NCBI GenBank assembly: GCA_008636045.1
Contig: SNRW01000067.1
Span: 1-32,702, forward strand
Reading direction: 5' to 3'
DNA: 32,702 bases
DNA from: Streblomastix strix
Lineage: Eukaryota
This document shows, piece after piece, positions 21,560 through 32,702 of this stretch (within the stretch, counting starts at the first letter, position 1; each line of letters opens with the position of its first letter). Position numbers and translations under genes: made by a program. The notes under the pieces are model-generated. The model did not search any database, was not told the DNA's origin, and worked only from the letters and a program-made list of their open reading frames with translations.

Positions 21560-22990
21560 AGATCAAGATTTCGGAAGAATAAATTTGTCGAATTTATCTT
21601 TCGCTACTAAAATGAATGTCTGCTTTGCAACTGCATGATGCTGTAACCTCTTTGCAGAATAGCACCGTTGCAGGATACTGATGAAGTATGACTATTAATC
21701 AATAATCTCATTCAGGACTAATTTTAATGCAGGTTGAGCATCAAAAGGAGAATTGAATGAATTTGCAGTTGATTTGGATAGATTATCAAGTGAACCAAGA
21801 TAGTTCAATTTTAATTGGTTAACAATTCGTGTAACAACATCTTCTGATTGGATACTCTATACAATTGATGTTCCATTGGATAGTTGTTCGTCTGTTGAAT
21901 TACCATGGATTTATGCTTTATCAATAGCTTTTGATGTTATTGATTCAGGATCAGGAGATTCAATATAACCATTTTATGTGATAAATGCAATACCTTACAT
22001 CAGATTAGCAAATCTTTGTGTGATAATATGAACACTAGAATCAAACTTTTTGGATGAATCTTGTGTTGAATCTTTGGATTTCTTCTTATCAATTTATTAT
22101 AAACTCAGTTAATAATATTATTATAATTACTGATTGACTTCTTTAATGGATGTTGAATGCATATGACTTAATGCTTGAATTCTTGGTTATAAACAATCTA
22201 CTTCTAATTCATGCATATAATTGTCTAGTAAATGAATTTATTCGTGTTTAATTGCTGAAATAAGTCGATTCAGATTCTTTCTTATAATTAATAGAGAAAT
22301 AATATCATATGAATGTGAATTATTGATTAATATCATTTGTTATTACATCTGGTATTTATCATGCTACATCTCCAAGAAGATATTCATTCATTTATGGATT
22401 GATATCTAATTCATTTGTATTTGAACTGGTATTTGAACTAGAACTCGAGATAGATTATTGTTATTATATTTATGTTTATTATAATGTTTATTATTAAGTT
22501 AAGTATCACAATGGACGAACTGCATCTAAAGCCATTCTTGCAACTGCTGATAATATTGAAGGAGAATAATTACTGAATTATTAATATTGGATCTTCATTG
22601 GTCCAGATTCAATTGATTAACTTACATCATCAGGCACTGTTATACGACTAAGAAATGATGAAAATTCATGCGATAATGTTCTTCTGTTCTTTAATTGAGT
22701 ATTCAATTGACCTGTTTAATTCTGTAATTCTCGAATCTCAGATGTTAATCCAGATAGATTCTTTTGGAAATCTAATAGAAGCTCTTATATTTATTTCAAT
22801 ACAGTGTCACAATCTTTGATATCATCATGAAGTTCAAAAAGGAGTTTCTCTTCTTTGAAATCTGGTTTATTAAATGAATAAATGAATAATATAAAAATAA
22901 AATTAAATTAAGCAAACAAACTTCAACAGATTTAGATTCAATCTGATGAATTTCTCTTTCAAGTTGTGGTAGAATCCCTCGTGATATGTT
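21560..22990 (-). pseudogene. VPS52: VPS52-like (GARP complex subunit) degenerate gene
   Basis: LHDDIKDCDTVLKQIQELLLDFQKNLSGLTSEIRELQNQTGQLNTQLKNRR...ITVP matches the Vps52 N-terminal coiled coil. One intron at ~22864-22921; in-frame TGA and frameshifts downstream. Confidence 0.75.
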
Positions 22991-23820
22991 AAATATTTTA
23001 AAAAAGGATTAAATATAAATTTATATCTTGAGTAAAGCACAGAACATCATTTACTGAATTGAAAAATTCGATACTATTTCAAGCATTGGGCAAGGTGTTA
23101 ATGAAATTATTTGATATATAAATAGGTGTTAACCATGCAAATATAAATAATTATTTATTTTAATTGAATTTCGAAACAGTAAACTTATACGATAACACTG
23201 TTTTCTTTGATTGTACTAATGAATATGATAAATAAGCATATAAATAAAAATAAATAATAATAATAATATAATATATATTTTTATCAGCAATATTCACTGA
23301 TTAATTGTTTGGATACCGAGTGGCAAATTATTTATTTTGTTTCAAAGGCGCTAATTTTCCTACACACCCATATATATATTCAACATTCTATATATAAATT
23401 TGCTCATATTTCACTTTTTTATCTTTAGTTTAATTTAATTTATATTTTTTTTACTTATCCATATTGAGCTTTGTTACAGAGATTTATAATTTTGATATAT
23501 TTTGGTTATTTGAATATAATTTTTACATTTTCACATATAATTTATAGTTATTAGTTTCTTATTTCATTTTTTAAATTTAATATATACCCAATTGATATGA
23601 TTAATAATTTAAACATCTCAAAATTCTCAGATGAAATTTTTTTTAAAAAAAATAATTATTATACATAATAAACTATTTAATTTTCTTTTATTTTTATTCA
23701 TTTTTCAATTAAATTAATTCTTGACCAATTAAATGTGTTTAAATAATCATTTTTCACTCAATACAATTGATTTCGAAATGATTAATTTTTTTTATTTTGC
23801 TTTCTCTTTTATTTTCAGTA

Positions 23821-26080
23821 ATGATGGAAGAATCTAGTTTTCATCCTTATTAAAAGGCATTATCTGTTTCGGTGACTGGTGCTGATGTTACTGTATGAAC
23901 ATTTCATATTTCTTTCTTTTTTAATCATTTTATTTATTTTTTAGACAATTATTCCTCGTTTGATCCAAGACCTCGAATCAGATACCATTAATGTATATAT
24001 TCCTGCCTTAAGAGAACTATTGAATATTGTTGTGGATAGTATAAATTAATATTTTTCAATAAAATTTATTTCATATTTTTTTATATTATCTCAAGATCGT
24101 GAAAACAAAGACTTACCATAAAAATACAAATTGATGCCTTTGTTGAACAAATTTGCTGGAAATGTCGAAAAGAATGAAGAATTTGTTTGCAATTATTTAA
24201 TTTTTTTAATTTGATAATTTTCATTTCATTTATTATTCAGGTTCTTAGTACAACAATCTAACATGTTATTGGAGTTCGAAATGGAAGTGATGATAAAATA
24301 ATTCTTGCGGGAGCAGCAATTGAATCTATAATTATTTCATTATTTGTATTTTTATCTAAATTTATTTGTAATTCTATTTATTTGTTTTTGTTATTAATCA
24401 GTCACCAGATGAAAAGACATCAAAATCAGGAAGTAAAACGCTTGAAGAATTAATTGGAGAAAATGAAATAATCAGACATTCACTGATGACAACTGGATTC
24501 ATCTTGAAAATTCAATATGCATTCACAGACAACACAACACCTTATCATGTGAAATGTGAAATTCTTGATATTATATTGAAACTTGTTACAACTGTTGATG
24601 ATCTAAAACTAATTGCATAACTGATTCCAGTTTTGACTGATTTGAATAACAATGGAGAAAAAGAAACAAAAAAGAAAGCAATTAATATTTTGGGAATCTT
24701 AACTGCAAATGGAATCAATTCTCCTTCATCTGAATTTGAATCTGAATTATCAAAAGAAAAGGATGAAAGGATTCAATAATTGGAAGAATAAAACAGAATA
24801 AACGATGAAGAAAGAAATTCGTTAGAAGTTGAAAGTTAGAAATTGAAAAAGGAAATTGAGAAAATCAAACTGGAATATCCTTAAGGTACTAATATTCATT
24901 TATTCATAATTCATTTAATATTGAAATTTTATTTATAATTATTTTTTTCATTTCATTATTTATTACTTATTAAACATATAAAACAATTAATAGTTATTCC
25001 TCATGACTATAATATAATAAATGGATTAACCGGAGTTGGATAAGATATTTTGTTGGACATTCTTTCGTTGATGTTAGATATTTAAGATGCAGTTCAATTT
25101 GTTGGGGTGAACAAAAAAACACTTCAGTTGAAAAACCACGCTCGATTTAGTAAAATAATTGAGACAATTGAAACTTTAGTTAGAGGTGAAAAAAAACAAT
25201 TTTTGAATATTCTTTATTAATTTTTTGTATAATTTAATTTTTTTTTATTTCCACTCTTTTATTCATCATTCAATTAAGGTTATCCTATTGCCTTAATTAA
25301 TTAAGATCAATCTGATTTTGATTTCACTGATATTGATGGTGTCATGAAAAAATTAAGCAAAAAGATTTAATAATATAATGTAGTATCATTGGATTAAAAT
25401 CTTGATGATGGCGTCTGGGAATTAGAAACTGAATTTGACAATAATAGTGGATCAGGTATATAATTAACTAATTTGTTATTAAATCAATTATTCTAATAAT
25501 TGCTTCAGCTGTTGGTATTGTTCGCGATTCATATAATATTCCTTCAGGAATAGTTGTTGCAACTTATGAGCCTCGTTTGATTTTTAAATATTTTTATTCT
25601 AATTCGATTAAATCTTTAACAAATACTATTAGATACATCAAATATGGCTGTATTTTTATCAAGGTTTATTTATTTATTGTTTTATTTTTTTAATAATTAT
25701 TATTTTATAATTATTTGAGTAGTGGTGGATGGGGATATCCTGGAAATGTCTATTATAAAAATTAACCTACAAAAGGATACGTTGGATTCACCAGTAATCA
25801 GAAAGTAAAACTTGAATATGATTCTGGAAAGGGAACATTAGTAGTATTTCATGATGGTGTTCAATAATCTGTCTATTTTACTGGAATCAAAGAGAAAGTC
25901 AGATTCATTGTATGAATGCATATATGCATATAACACAATTATAAAATTATTTATACTCATTTTCTTTATTTGTAGGTGGGGCTTCGGATGAGTGGTTAGA
26001 CATGTATCATTCGGTCTCTGAAGAAACTCGCTTCTCCAACAACTGGACACGTTGCCAATGAATAAGCTGTTAATTGGTGA
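23821..26080 (+). CDS. Multi-intron gene: helical (ARM-like) region, coiled coil, F-box-like motif and C-terminal B30.2/SPRY-like domain
   Basis: GT..AG AT-rich introns separate exons TIIPRLIQDLESD, GVGQDILLDILSLMLDIQDAVQFVGVNKK, GVWELETEF, AVGIVRDSY, KVKLEYDSGKGTLVVFHDGVQQSVYFTGIKEKVRF and SLKKLASPTTGHVANEQAVNW*. Confidence 0.8.
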
Positions 26081-26655
26081 AGAAGAAGATTAAAGGATGA
26101 AATGATGATAAGATAAAATTTTCTATTTCATGAATATGAGTTTATATATAATGTAATTCATTCATTTCTAGTATTTTAAATAATAATAAAACCTCTAAAA
26201 TATTATTAAAAAATTTTTAGTGTATTCTAAATCATTCACATCTTTAGAAAATCAACTTATCAAATTAATATTAAATATTAAATACGTTATCTCTGCTAAA
26301 ATAAATTGAATTTTTAACAGATAAGTTGGTTTCAATTTTCAATGGGGATCTCAATAATTAAATAAATTGCTAAACAATAAAAAATGAGAATTTCATTACA
26401 ATCTTTCTTTTAGATTGAAATATTAATTATTTAAAATTTATTAGATTGAAATAAGTAACAAATAAATATGAAATGAAGTTCATTCATCATGAATAATTCA
26501 ATTTTCTTATTTATATTTCATTCTATTATTAATTATAAAAAATATCATTAAATTATGAATGCAAATTAAATATAATATTATCAGTAAAAATAAGACTTTT
26601 TTAATAAATTAGTTCTGATTATTTTCATGTTTATGTTTTTCTTAGAATTGTTATA

Positions 26656-29600
26656 TCATTAGTGCTTTGGCACCTTTGGGAGCACTTTCAATCCCATAAT
26701 GCTCGAAATAAGGAATAACAAGCGAGGAGAATACAATACAGCTAAATGTCCAACATCTCTGATTTCAAATCTATAATCAGTTAATAAAATAATAAAATAT
26801 ATAAAAATATGAATAAATTAATAAAATTATTTATTCATTACAGTCTCAATATAATTATAGTTAATATTGTTAATATCGGTATAAACCTCGCAGATGCATT
26901 CATCATATCATTAGCTGCACTTACACTTGGAACTGTTCCATCACCATCAATCACAGTGTAAAGCGGATTTAAGCAATTCTCAGATGTAACATCCCACATA
27001 TTCTCAATATGCGTTGCTTTGTCTTTTAATTCACTTCCACATTCATCTGATACAATTAGATTCCATGGTGTTGCTCTCCCAGATCCTATTAATGATATAT
27101 AATATGTAAATAATATAATATATGAATATAAGTAATATAATATATGCAGAAAATATATAATATTAATTATGTCAAATAATTAAAGATGAATTAATAATAT
27201 TAAATCAATGTTAATACCATATATATTTATAAATTCAAATTGATCTGGAGGTGGAAATCTGATTTCTGAATTTTGAATTTCTTCAACTTTTTTCCTTAAT
27301 TCTTCAAGAGATGGATTTCCCCAAAGCAATTTTCCTTTGAAAGGCGCAGACAGGTCGATTTCTTCTTTTATTTTCTCTTCATTTGTTATTTTTTATCCAC
27401 TTTTCTATTCATCATTATTTTATTTCTCTTTCAATATCTCTTATTCATAAGCAGCTTTCAATTATTAAATGGGAGCCATTCCATTCTTTTCTCGTAAGAA
27501 TGTGAAGAAATCTTCTTGTATGTGATTCGGATGGACAAGTCTATTGTCAAGCAGTGTTAAATGACTCGAATATGATGCACTTTTCAGATATTATTAGTGT
27601 ATGTCTGTTTATTGACCTTCAGATTAAGTGTTTTTCATATACCACATAAATCCTTTCTAATGTTTTGTTTTCTATATCATCAAATATTAATTAATATTAG
27701 TTTTTTAAAGTGGAAGGAGATCAATTTTATTGAATTTGTGGTGAGAATCTAATGATTTAATAATTGATTTAGGAAGAAGAGATGAATTAATTTATTATTA
27801 TGAAGATTATAATGAAGATGATTATTGAATGTTTTAAGTGTTTATTTCATCTGTTTTAGATTCATTAGAGTTTATTTCCAATATATTACTTTAATTTATA
27901 TATAAATTCTATTCACATGTTGGCAATGGAAATCCAGGTTTAAAGATAAAATGAATAAGAGAAGGAGCAAACTGTGGATGAATTAAATAGTTCAATTATT
28001 GAACTGAACTAATTCTTGAATATGAAATAAATTTGTCTATATTTGGTGTTATTATTAATTAATTCTATTTATTATCTTTCTTTTCAGTTATATATTTTTC
28101 TTATTCTGATTTATTAATTGGATTTGGTTTATTTTATTAGAATGATTCAAATGGATCTAAAGAATGATATGTAACAGGTGGAATGGCAGGAAGTGATATT
28201 CTTGCAACTAAATCAGAAAATGGGTTTGATTGATTAGATTCATTTTGATTTTCTTTTCCTTTTCCTTTATTTTATTAAGATTTATCAGTATCAGTTTATT
28301 ATGCAGGAGATAATGATTATTAACTTATTTTCTCTTATTATTCATTCTAAATCGTTTATTTCATTTATTCTTTATTGAGTTTTCTTTATTTCTTAAATTC
28401 TTCAATCACTTTCTTTTCTTCATCTCTTTCTGCAGGAAATGTTGGACTGAAATATGGATTTGATCTGTTGGGGAAAAATTAAGGTGAAAATTAACAATAT
28501 TTTGAATTGATTGAAATTGATTGTGTTGACGAATGTTGATTTTAAAGATCAGAATGAGAATAAGATGAGTCAGATTCAGATTAAGAAGATGATGATGATT
28601 ATTAGGAAAATGAGGATGAAGATTATTGAGTTGTATTATGATTGATGCATAATGGAGATGTATTTGTAGTAAGACCGCTTCCACATTCACATTGATAGAA
28701 TAATAATGATGTCTTTTCAAGTTCATGATCAATATCAATTAACCCTTATTTATTATTAGGATCATTTTTCAAATCTTTTTATTTCTCTTCTTCTCTTCTT
28801 TTACGAAATCTCATCAATGCTTCTTTGCTGAATATCGTTTTCTCTAAAATAAATTTATTCATTTTAATTTTTCCTGAATTAATTCCTTCCAACAATTCAT
28901 CTTCATCATCTTATTCTTCATCATCATCATCATTACTTTATTTATTCTTTTCAATTGAAATATTCGTTCCATCAGTTTCGATTTATTTATTTATTTATTT
29001 TCTTTTATCTTTCTCTTATTAACTCAGAACACTAAGACTGTCGTAATCCCAGCACTTGCATTCTGAATCTAAATGGAATCCAAACCATCTCATTTATTCA
29101 TTCCCATGGAATTTGATTCCAAGTTTTGGTGAAAATGGAATTTGAGAATGTGCAAAGAACCAGAATGCACAGGGCATAGTTGTATAGATCATCTGAAATA
29201 CCTGTTTATTTATACATGTAAAAGAAAATATATAATTTAAATAATTTATAAAATTATAAAATTATTAATTTTATTATTATAAGTAATATTAAATAAACAA
29301 TACATGGGGATCAGCAATAATATCAGGAAGCCCATGATTATATCCGAATACAAGTGATTCAAGCAGATGCGACGGACCATTATTAAAAGGGCAAGTTATT
29401 GCTATCCATCTGCGCACATATTAATTCAATGCTTCAGGGTTCATAATGCAGAAGATCTAAAACACAACTCCACCAAGACTGTGTGTTATTACATCAATCT
29501 TCCTACGCCCTGATTTTTCATAGGCCTCTTTTATTCGGTTGAGGAGTCGAGATTGAAATGAAGATTCTGCAAAGAATTGTCTCCAGTCGTATGGAAATCT

Positions 29601-30317
29601 ATAAAATGTATATATTGGGAAATTATATATAATAATATAAGTAATAAAAAATATAATAATATATTTAATAAATATAATAATTAATAAATATAATAATAAT
29701 TTCATTACCCAAATATATTCACTCCAGGAACATAGCCATTATTCTTCAACAATTAAATAACATCATGAAAGTATGCTCTGTCATTTAAAAAATAATAATT
29801 ATGAATAAAATTAATTTGATATGAGAGTATATTAATAAAAAATATAAATAAATAAAATTTAATAATTAAATATGAGAATATATTATTAAAATGTATAAAT
29901 AATTAAACAAACCTATAATCGTGAGGTAATGGGACATCATATGTTAGATATTCCTGAGATCGTAGTCCATAGTCATCTTATGGGGAATATACCTAATATT
30001 AATTTGATAGGCATTCGTATTACCATGTCTCGGGATTCAATCTAAATAAGTAAAATAATAAATAATAAATTAATTGGTAAATACTACACTGAATTCTTTA
30101 TACTTCCCAAAACCATATTTTATCATTTTTTGTTTTGCATTAGTAAGTCGAGGCCAGAATAATTCTGATTTGTTAGTTTTCTTGTTCTATGCATATAAAA
30201 TACTTCCTAATTTAAATTACAGATATTATATAATTTTTAAAATTAATATAGAAATAAAAAACGAATACCAGCAAGACCAGGAATCAGCAACACAGCATTA
30301 TGTATTGTTGAATTCAT
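26656..30317 (-). CDS. LCAT-family acyltransferase / phospholipase A with large low-complexity insertion
   Basis: Exonic motifs AVLLIPGLAG, YFHDVIQLLKNNGYVPG, FPYDWRQ, ITHSLGG (Ser), GDGTVP (Asp) and VGHLAVL (His). Multiple GT-AG introns. ATG 30317, TGA 26658-26656. Confidence 0.9.
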
Positions 30318-31211
30318 TTTTGTTGCTGGAAATTTTGTAAGAAAATGTAAATTTAAATGCATAATAAACAATTGTATAAAATATTATATTTATTATTCTG
30401 TGAAAATTTTGTATAAATAAGATAGCTGCAAAATATGAAATGAAAAATAAAATAGCATTATATGGTATGCATATAGCAAAATTTTGGTTGTAATTTAATA
30501 TATTTGGAAGTAAAACATTTTTTATTGTACAAAATTACAACAAAGGTCCATATTATATTAGTGAAAATGCTGGAAAACTTATTTTCAAGAGTACGTGCCA
30601 CAGATCAATTTATGAAATATAATTATCTATAAAATTAATAGTATACATATGTTTAAAAAAAGTAATGTGTAATTAATTAAGAACACTTCTTCGCTGTGTT
30701 GATTTTTGAAATCTGGAACTGTTAGAAAAATGGAAGTAATTAAATACATAATTGTACAAGAACCATTTAGCAAATGTGATTATTCAAGTATAATTTCATT
30801 CTATAATTCTAAGATATTATTCTCGGGGTTGGAATATGGCTTTGACTTTGCAAGATTCTCTTCCGCCGCTCTACTATACAAAATACTATGTTTACATATT
30901 TAAATATGCGTTAAATATTTTTATTAACTTATTAAATAATTTAATTTCAGGGTTTTAAATCAGTAAAAATAAATACAATCAATTTTATTTTATAAATAAA
31001 AAAATGCGAAATTTACATGATGTGACCATAAAAATTTTAATTTTCGTTGATTATTTAAAATATTGATATAATTGATATTATATTTTCAATAATAAGTATA
31101 TTTAATTACTTTTATATAGATTTAAAATAAATACTCAATTTTATTCTATTTTTTTTTATTGTTTTTCGGGATATTTATTATATATTTTTTTATTAATTGT
31201 AGCACTCTGAA

Positions 31212-32702
31212 ATGGACTATGAAAACATCTTGCGTTCGGTAAGATTCATAGTATTCCTCTTTTTTATATTATGACATAAATTAATGTTATCATATTTATT
31301 TTGCATTCAGCCAATTAGACCTTTAGGTTTTTCATCTTTCTATTTTTTAATAAATAATTATCATTTTAATTACTTATTATAAATTGTAGGCAATGGATCT
31401 TTTGGAATGTTTGCAAACAAAAAGCTTAATACTTTTAGACTTCAAATTTTACTTTTTCTTTTAAAATATTTCAGAGTTTATCTCGCCTATCACATTGAAA
31501 TGGGAATTGTTGCTGTGAAAATTATATAGAAGAATAAATATGATAAACAGGATCGGGAATGGGAATCTGCATTACAAATTACAAAGTATGATTATTTTTT
31601 TAAAATTAAAATTATTATTATTATTTTATTTTTATTTATTATTTTTATTAATTATGATTTTAATTTTAATTTAAAATTATTTTCTTCAGTAAGAAACATT
31701 AGTTTCCATTTATTCTCAAGTATATAAGGTATGATTACTTTTGTTCATGCAATTTAATAACAATGGAGTACGCCAATGTAAAAGTTTGATAAATATTATT
31801 ACTTAATTTATTATTATTCGTATATTTTTATTATAAATATTTCAGACTCTTAATATCATTGCTAAATAACCACATGTTCCTCTACCTTCATATACACTTA
31901 GAGCTTTAATGAAGTAGATCCGTTTGATAATTATATATTTAAGTTTAATATAATTTATTTATTTATTTATTTCTCTTGTAGTTGTTGGGGTAAGTGAAAT
32001 TCACAATGTAAAACTAATTCATCGGTTTGATTTTGAACTTATTTTATAAAATAGATAATTTTTATAATATTTCATAGGGATATAAAGTGTGACAATATCC
32101 TACTTCACAGTCCACCTGGCTCTGGACGTGTTTATGTGAAAATTTCGGATTTTGGCCTTGCTAAGAAAGAAGATTTTTCAAATGAACAAACATATCTCGC
32201 TGGGTTTGTTTTTATTTTTATTTTATTTTTTTTTTCATATTTTGCTAAATTGTTATGTTATTAATTATTATTCTGTAGAACTATTCCTTATTGGGTTTGA
32301 CATTTAATTTTCTTTTGAAAAATACAAAATAAGAAATTAGGATAACTGATTATTAGCAATTTACTATTATTTAAAATATTTTATTATAATAAAAATTTCA
32401 TTCTAATTCATTTTAGGCACCAGAGTTATTCCATAAGAAAATAAATTCAACATAGAAAGTTGATATTTATGCATCTGGAATCATTTTCTTTCGTCTTCTT
32501 TCTCGAAGATATCCTGTTGATGGCAAAAACAAAGTTGAATAGTGCAAGTATGAAAATATATTTATTATTAAAATAATAATTTCTTAATATAGTTACATTT
32601 ACATTTATATTTATTTAAGTTTCATATTATTTCTTAATAAAATAATAAATACATTTATATGTATTTTCTTTTAGGATGTTAGCCAATTTATAAAACATTG
32701 AA
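31212..32702 (+). CDS. Ser/Thr protein kinase, 5' part (runs off the window), highly intron-rich
   Basis: Spliced motifs LGNGSFG, VAVK, MEYAN, IHRDIKCDNILL, KISDFGLA, GTIPYWAPE and KVDIYASG. Confidence 0.93.

Noticed and set aside
25838..26050. Minus-strand track ORF of 70 aa
   Set aside because: Antisense to SPRY exons and spans an intron.
28406..30340. Track ORFs at 28406, 28825, 29457 (N-terminal half) and 30074
   Set aside because: Wrong-frame, antisense or intron read-through products of the LCAT gene.
30560..30903. Coding-like patch between the LCAT and kinase genes
   Set aside because: Short, with no motif or consistent exon structure on either strand.
1..32702. CRISPR arrays, rRNA, tRNA, prokaryotic operons
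   Set aside because: No spaced repeats or RNA-gene signatures were seen; the sequence is eukaryotic.

Overview
AT-rich eukaryotic nuclear DNA that reads with the ciliate/hexamitid/oxymonad code (TAA/TAG = Gln, TGA = stop), so the supplied standard-code ORF track misses almost every real gene. This code plus many short GT-AG introns best fits the oxymonad Streblomastix strix; that is an inference and a ciliate is not excluded. Positions 722-19274 are a full-length, ~18.5 kb endogenous Polinton/Maverick-like DNA virus. It has ~360 bp terminal inverted repeats starting ACTACT and a 6-bp target-site duplication. It encodes a pseudogenised protein-primed PolB (HNH insert, interrupted by a TA-targeting MITE), an rve integrase, KilA-N, putative major and minor capsid proteins, an A32-like packaging ATPase, an adenovirus protein VI-like amphipathic peptide, a phage-fibre-like protein and several small ORFs. 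It inserted into the 3' end of an older, related integrase gene whose frame is restored by removing it, and it carries a diverged internal ~1.2 kb duplication that creates a chimeric ORF. To the right lie an eIF4A3 fragment, a GC-richer degenerate ORF, a VPS52 pseudogene, an intron-rich helical/F-box-like/SPRY gene, an LCAT-family lipase gene with a large low-complexity insert, and the 5' part of a Ser/Thr kinase gene. All protein calls rest on manual translation and motif recognition; no searches were run.
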